A DNA stretch of 64,000 nt from assembly GCA_038087875.1 (NCBI GenBank), contig CM075988.1, forward strand, positions 1,550,001 through 1,614,000, given 5' to 3'. This document shows positions 61,817-64,000 of the stretch, piece by piece. Positions within the stretch are counted from its first letter, which is position 1; every line of letters starts with the position of its first letter. The stretch comes from Malacoraja senta. Taxonomy: Eukaryota. The position numbers and the translations under genes were made by a program. Below the pieces are notes generated by a model that was given only the letters and a program-made list of their open reading frames with translations, was not told where the DNA came from and made no database searches.

Positions 61817-63840
61817 GATCCAAAACGGTCATTTTGGATTTCAAACATGTTTGCAGCCAACGACCAACCTCAACAGCCCGAGGTTGCCAACATTCCAGCC
61901 CAGCAGTACGCTGTCTCCCTGAAGCTGCCCGTGTTCTGGACATCGTGAGGTTCCAACAAGCCGAGGCCCACTTCCACGTTCGACACATCACGGCCGATGA
62001 CACTAGGTACTCCTATGTTGTCGGCACGTTGGATCAAGAGACGGCCGGTCACCTGGTCCCTTTCCTACGCGCGCCACCGGATCAGGACAAATATGAGGGC
62101 CTTAAAGCGCTGCTCTTGCGGACCTTTGGGCTCAGCCGCCGGGACCTCGCAGCGCGGCTCCTGCACATGGTCAGCCTTGGCGATCGCAAGTTGTCGGAGA
62201 TGATGAGCGAAATGCCTACCCTAATGGACGGTCATCGGCCCTGCCTGCCCTTTGAACATGACTTCCTGGAGATGTCAGACGCTGGAGAGGATTTTGAGGA
62301 CCCTCTGCTGCTAGCAGAGCGTGCCGACGAGCTGTGGCAAGCCAAGCTGCAGGGCGGTGGCTCGATCGATCGAGTAGCGGTGGTGCTTTGGAGGGCCCAG
62401 AAACCAGGCCCTGCGCCCACCGAGAGTCCACCTGCACTGCCTGTCCCGAACGACCCCGGTAAGGGGAAAGGTGTTATTACCACCAGCGCTGGGGTCCCGC
62501 AGCCCGTCAGCGCCGCCAGCCCTGCTCGGATCCGGGAACTGCCAGGGCTGGCCGCCAGTAGTCGCTGCGGCGGTCGACCTGAAACATCGCCTCTATGCAT
62601 GGGATCGACACTCATGACGATGGTTCCTGGTGGATGCCGGCGCGGAGGTTAGCGTTTTACCCCCGTCGGGGATGTATACTCGTTCCGACAAGCGAGGGCC
62701 TTCTCTCACTGCAGTCAACGGCAGCTCCATACGGACGTATGGAGTTCGCACGATCTCGCTCATCTTTGGCCCCTTCCATTTCACCTGGACCTTTACAGTG
62801 GCCGACGTCTCCCAACCGCTGCTGGGTGCAGATTTCCTCCGGGCCCAACCGCTGTTGGTGGATGTGCGGGTGCAACGCCTCGTTCCTGCTGCCACAATGG
62901 AGCCGACTACCTCCCGACAAAGCTCCGTATCACGAAGGCGGAGTTCCGCCAAATGGAGGCCTGTGGGATTGTATGGTGTTCGGACAGTCCGTGGGCTTCC
63001 CCCCCCCTTCATGGTTCCTAAGGCGTCCGGTGGTTGGCAACCTTGCGGGGATTATGGCCACCTCGTTAACGACACGGTCGCCGATCGGTACCCGATACCG
63101 CATATCCAGGATTTTTCTGCCCATCTAGCCGGGGCCTGTTTTTTTTTTCTAAAGTCGACCCGATACGGGGCTGCCATCATCAGATTCTGGTACGCCCTGA
63201 GGACGTGCCCGAGGCGGCTATCATTACTCCTTTCGGCCTTTTTGAATTTCTACGGATGCCTTTTGGCCTAAAAAATGCCGCGCAGGCTTTTCAGCGCCTG
63301 ATGGACACAGTGAGTCGCGGCTTGGACTTTCTATTTATTTACCTGGACGATATTCTAGTTGCTAGTCACACCCGCCAGGAACATAGTGCGCACCTCCGCC
63401 TCCTCTGCCAGCGGCTCAGCGAGCACGGCCTGGCCATCAACCTGGATAAATGCCGATTTGGCCTCAGTTCCATCTACTTCCTGGGCCATCGTGTTACCCA
63501 GCATGGTGCGATTGCGCTGCCTGACAAGGTGGAGGCCATTCGCCGGTTCCCGTGGCCTTCCATGGTGTGGGGACTCCAGGAGTTTGTGGGTATGGTCACC
63601 TTTTACCAACGTTTCATACCTGCGGCGGCTCGGTTGGAGCCTGCCCATGTCGACCTGAATCAACTTGTGTTGGTGGCCCAGCCTCGTCGTTGGGGGCGTC
63701 TGCGGTCCTGCCCGCTCCCGCCTTTGCCTTCCTCGGGGTCGTCCATCTGTGGGGGGGAGGGATGTGTGTATGAGGTCCGGCCGCCTCGCTCGTCTACCCT
63801 TCCGGTTTTGTGCTTCGGGTTCTGGGGGGGGGGGGGTTCC

Positions 63841-64000
63841 TGTGGCGCCACCTGGTGGTTAGGCCACCCGTATGTGAACCCTTGGCAGTCAGGGGTAGGG
63901 TCACGTGACTGGGTAATGGCGGGAAGGAGTTGTCGCGAGGTTTAGGGGTGTGCCCTAGTATAAGTATGGAGCCCTGGGTCAGCCCTCCCCCATTCGCCTG
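63841..64000 (+). repeat. 3' LTR (runs off the window)
   Basis: Follows a poly-G polypurine tract; starts tgtggcg, the inverse of the 5' LTR end. Confidence 0.9.

Larger units (their letters stand above)
61619..64000 (+). mobile_element. Gypsy LTR retrotransposon, defective
   Basis: gag AVSLKLPVFW; protease [26 protein letters not shown] and YLDD; RNase H and integrase mostly deleted; two LTRs. Confidence 0.92.

Overview
This is vertebrate genomic DNA, most likely from an elasmobranch (skate, ray or shark), judged from HE1/V-SINE-like SINEs and HER1/CR1-like LINEs. The window lies inside one + strand gene, PRDM10. Three coding exons are clear (about 7192-7371, 20348-20695, 51026-51181), and there is a candidate 12-nt microexon at 8564-8575. 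The introns are filled with transposons: a near-intact L2 inserted in an L1 relic, Rex1/Babar, many CR1 pieces, Penelope-like elements (PLEs), a structurally complete but decayed DIRS1-type retrotransposon, a non-autonomous Helitron carrying a 2-kb foldback element, an IR/DR-type Tc1, a Tc2/pogo MITE, an internally deleted hAT and a Gypsy element. The most notable pattern is a family of tiny PLE-terminus inserts (about 100-270 bp) flanked by 13-16 bp direct repeats and built around a minimal hammerhead ribozyme motif. Also notable is a GC-rich SINE-like family that appears to swap LINE tails. All calls were made by eye, with no database searches, and family assignments rest on remembered motifs.
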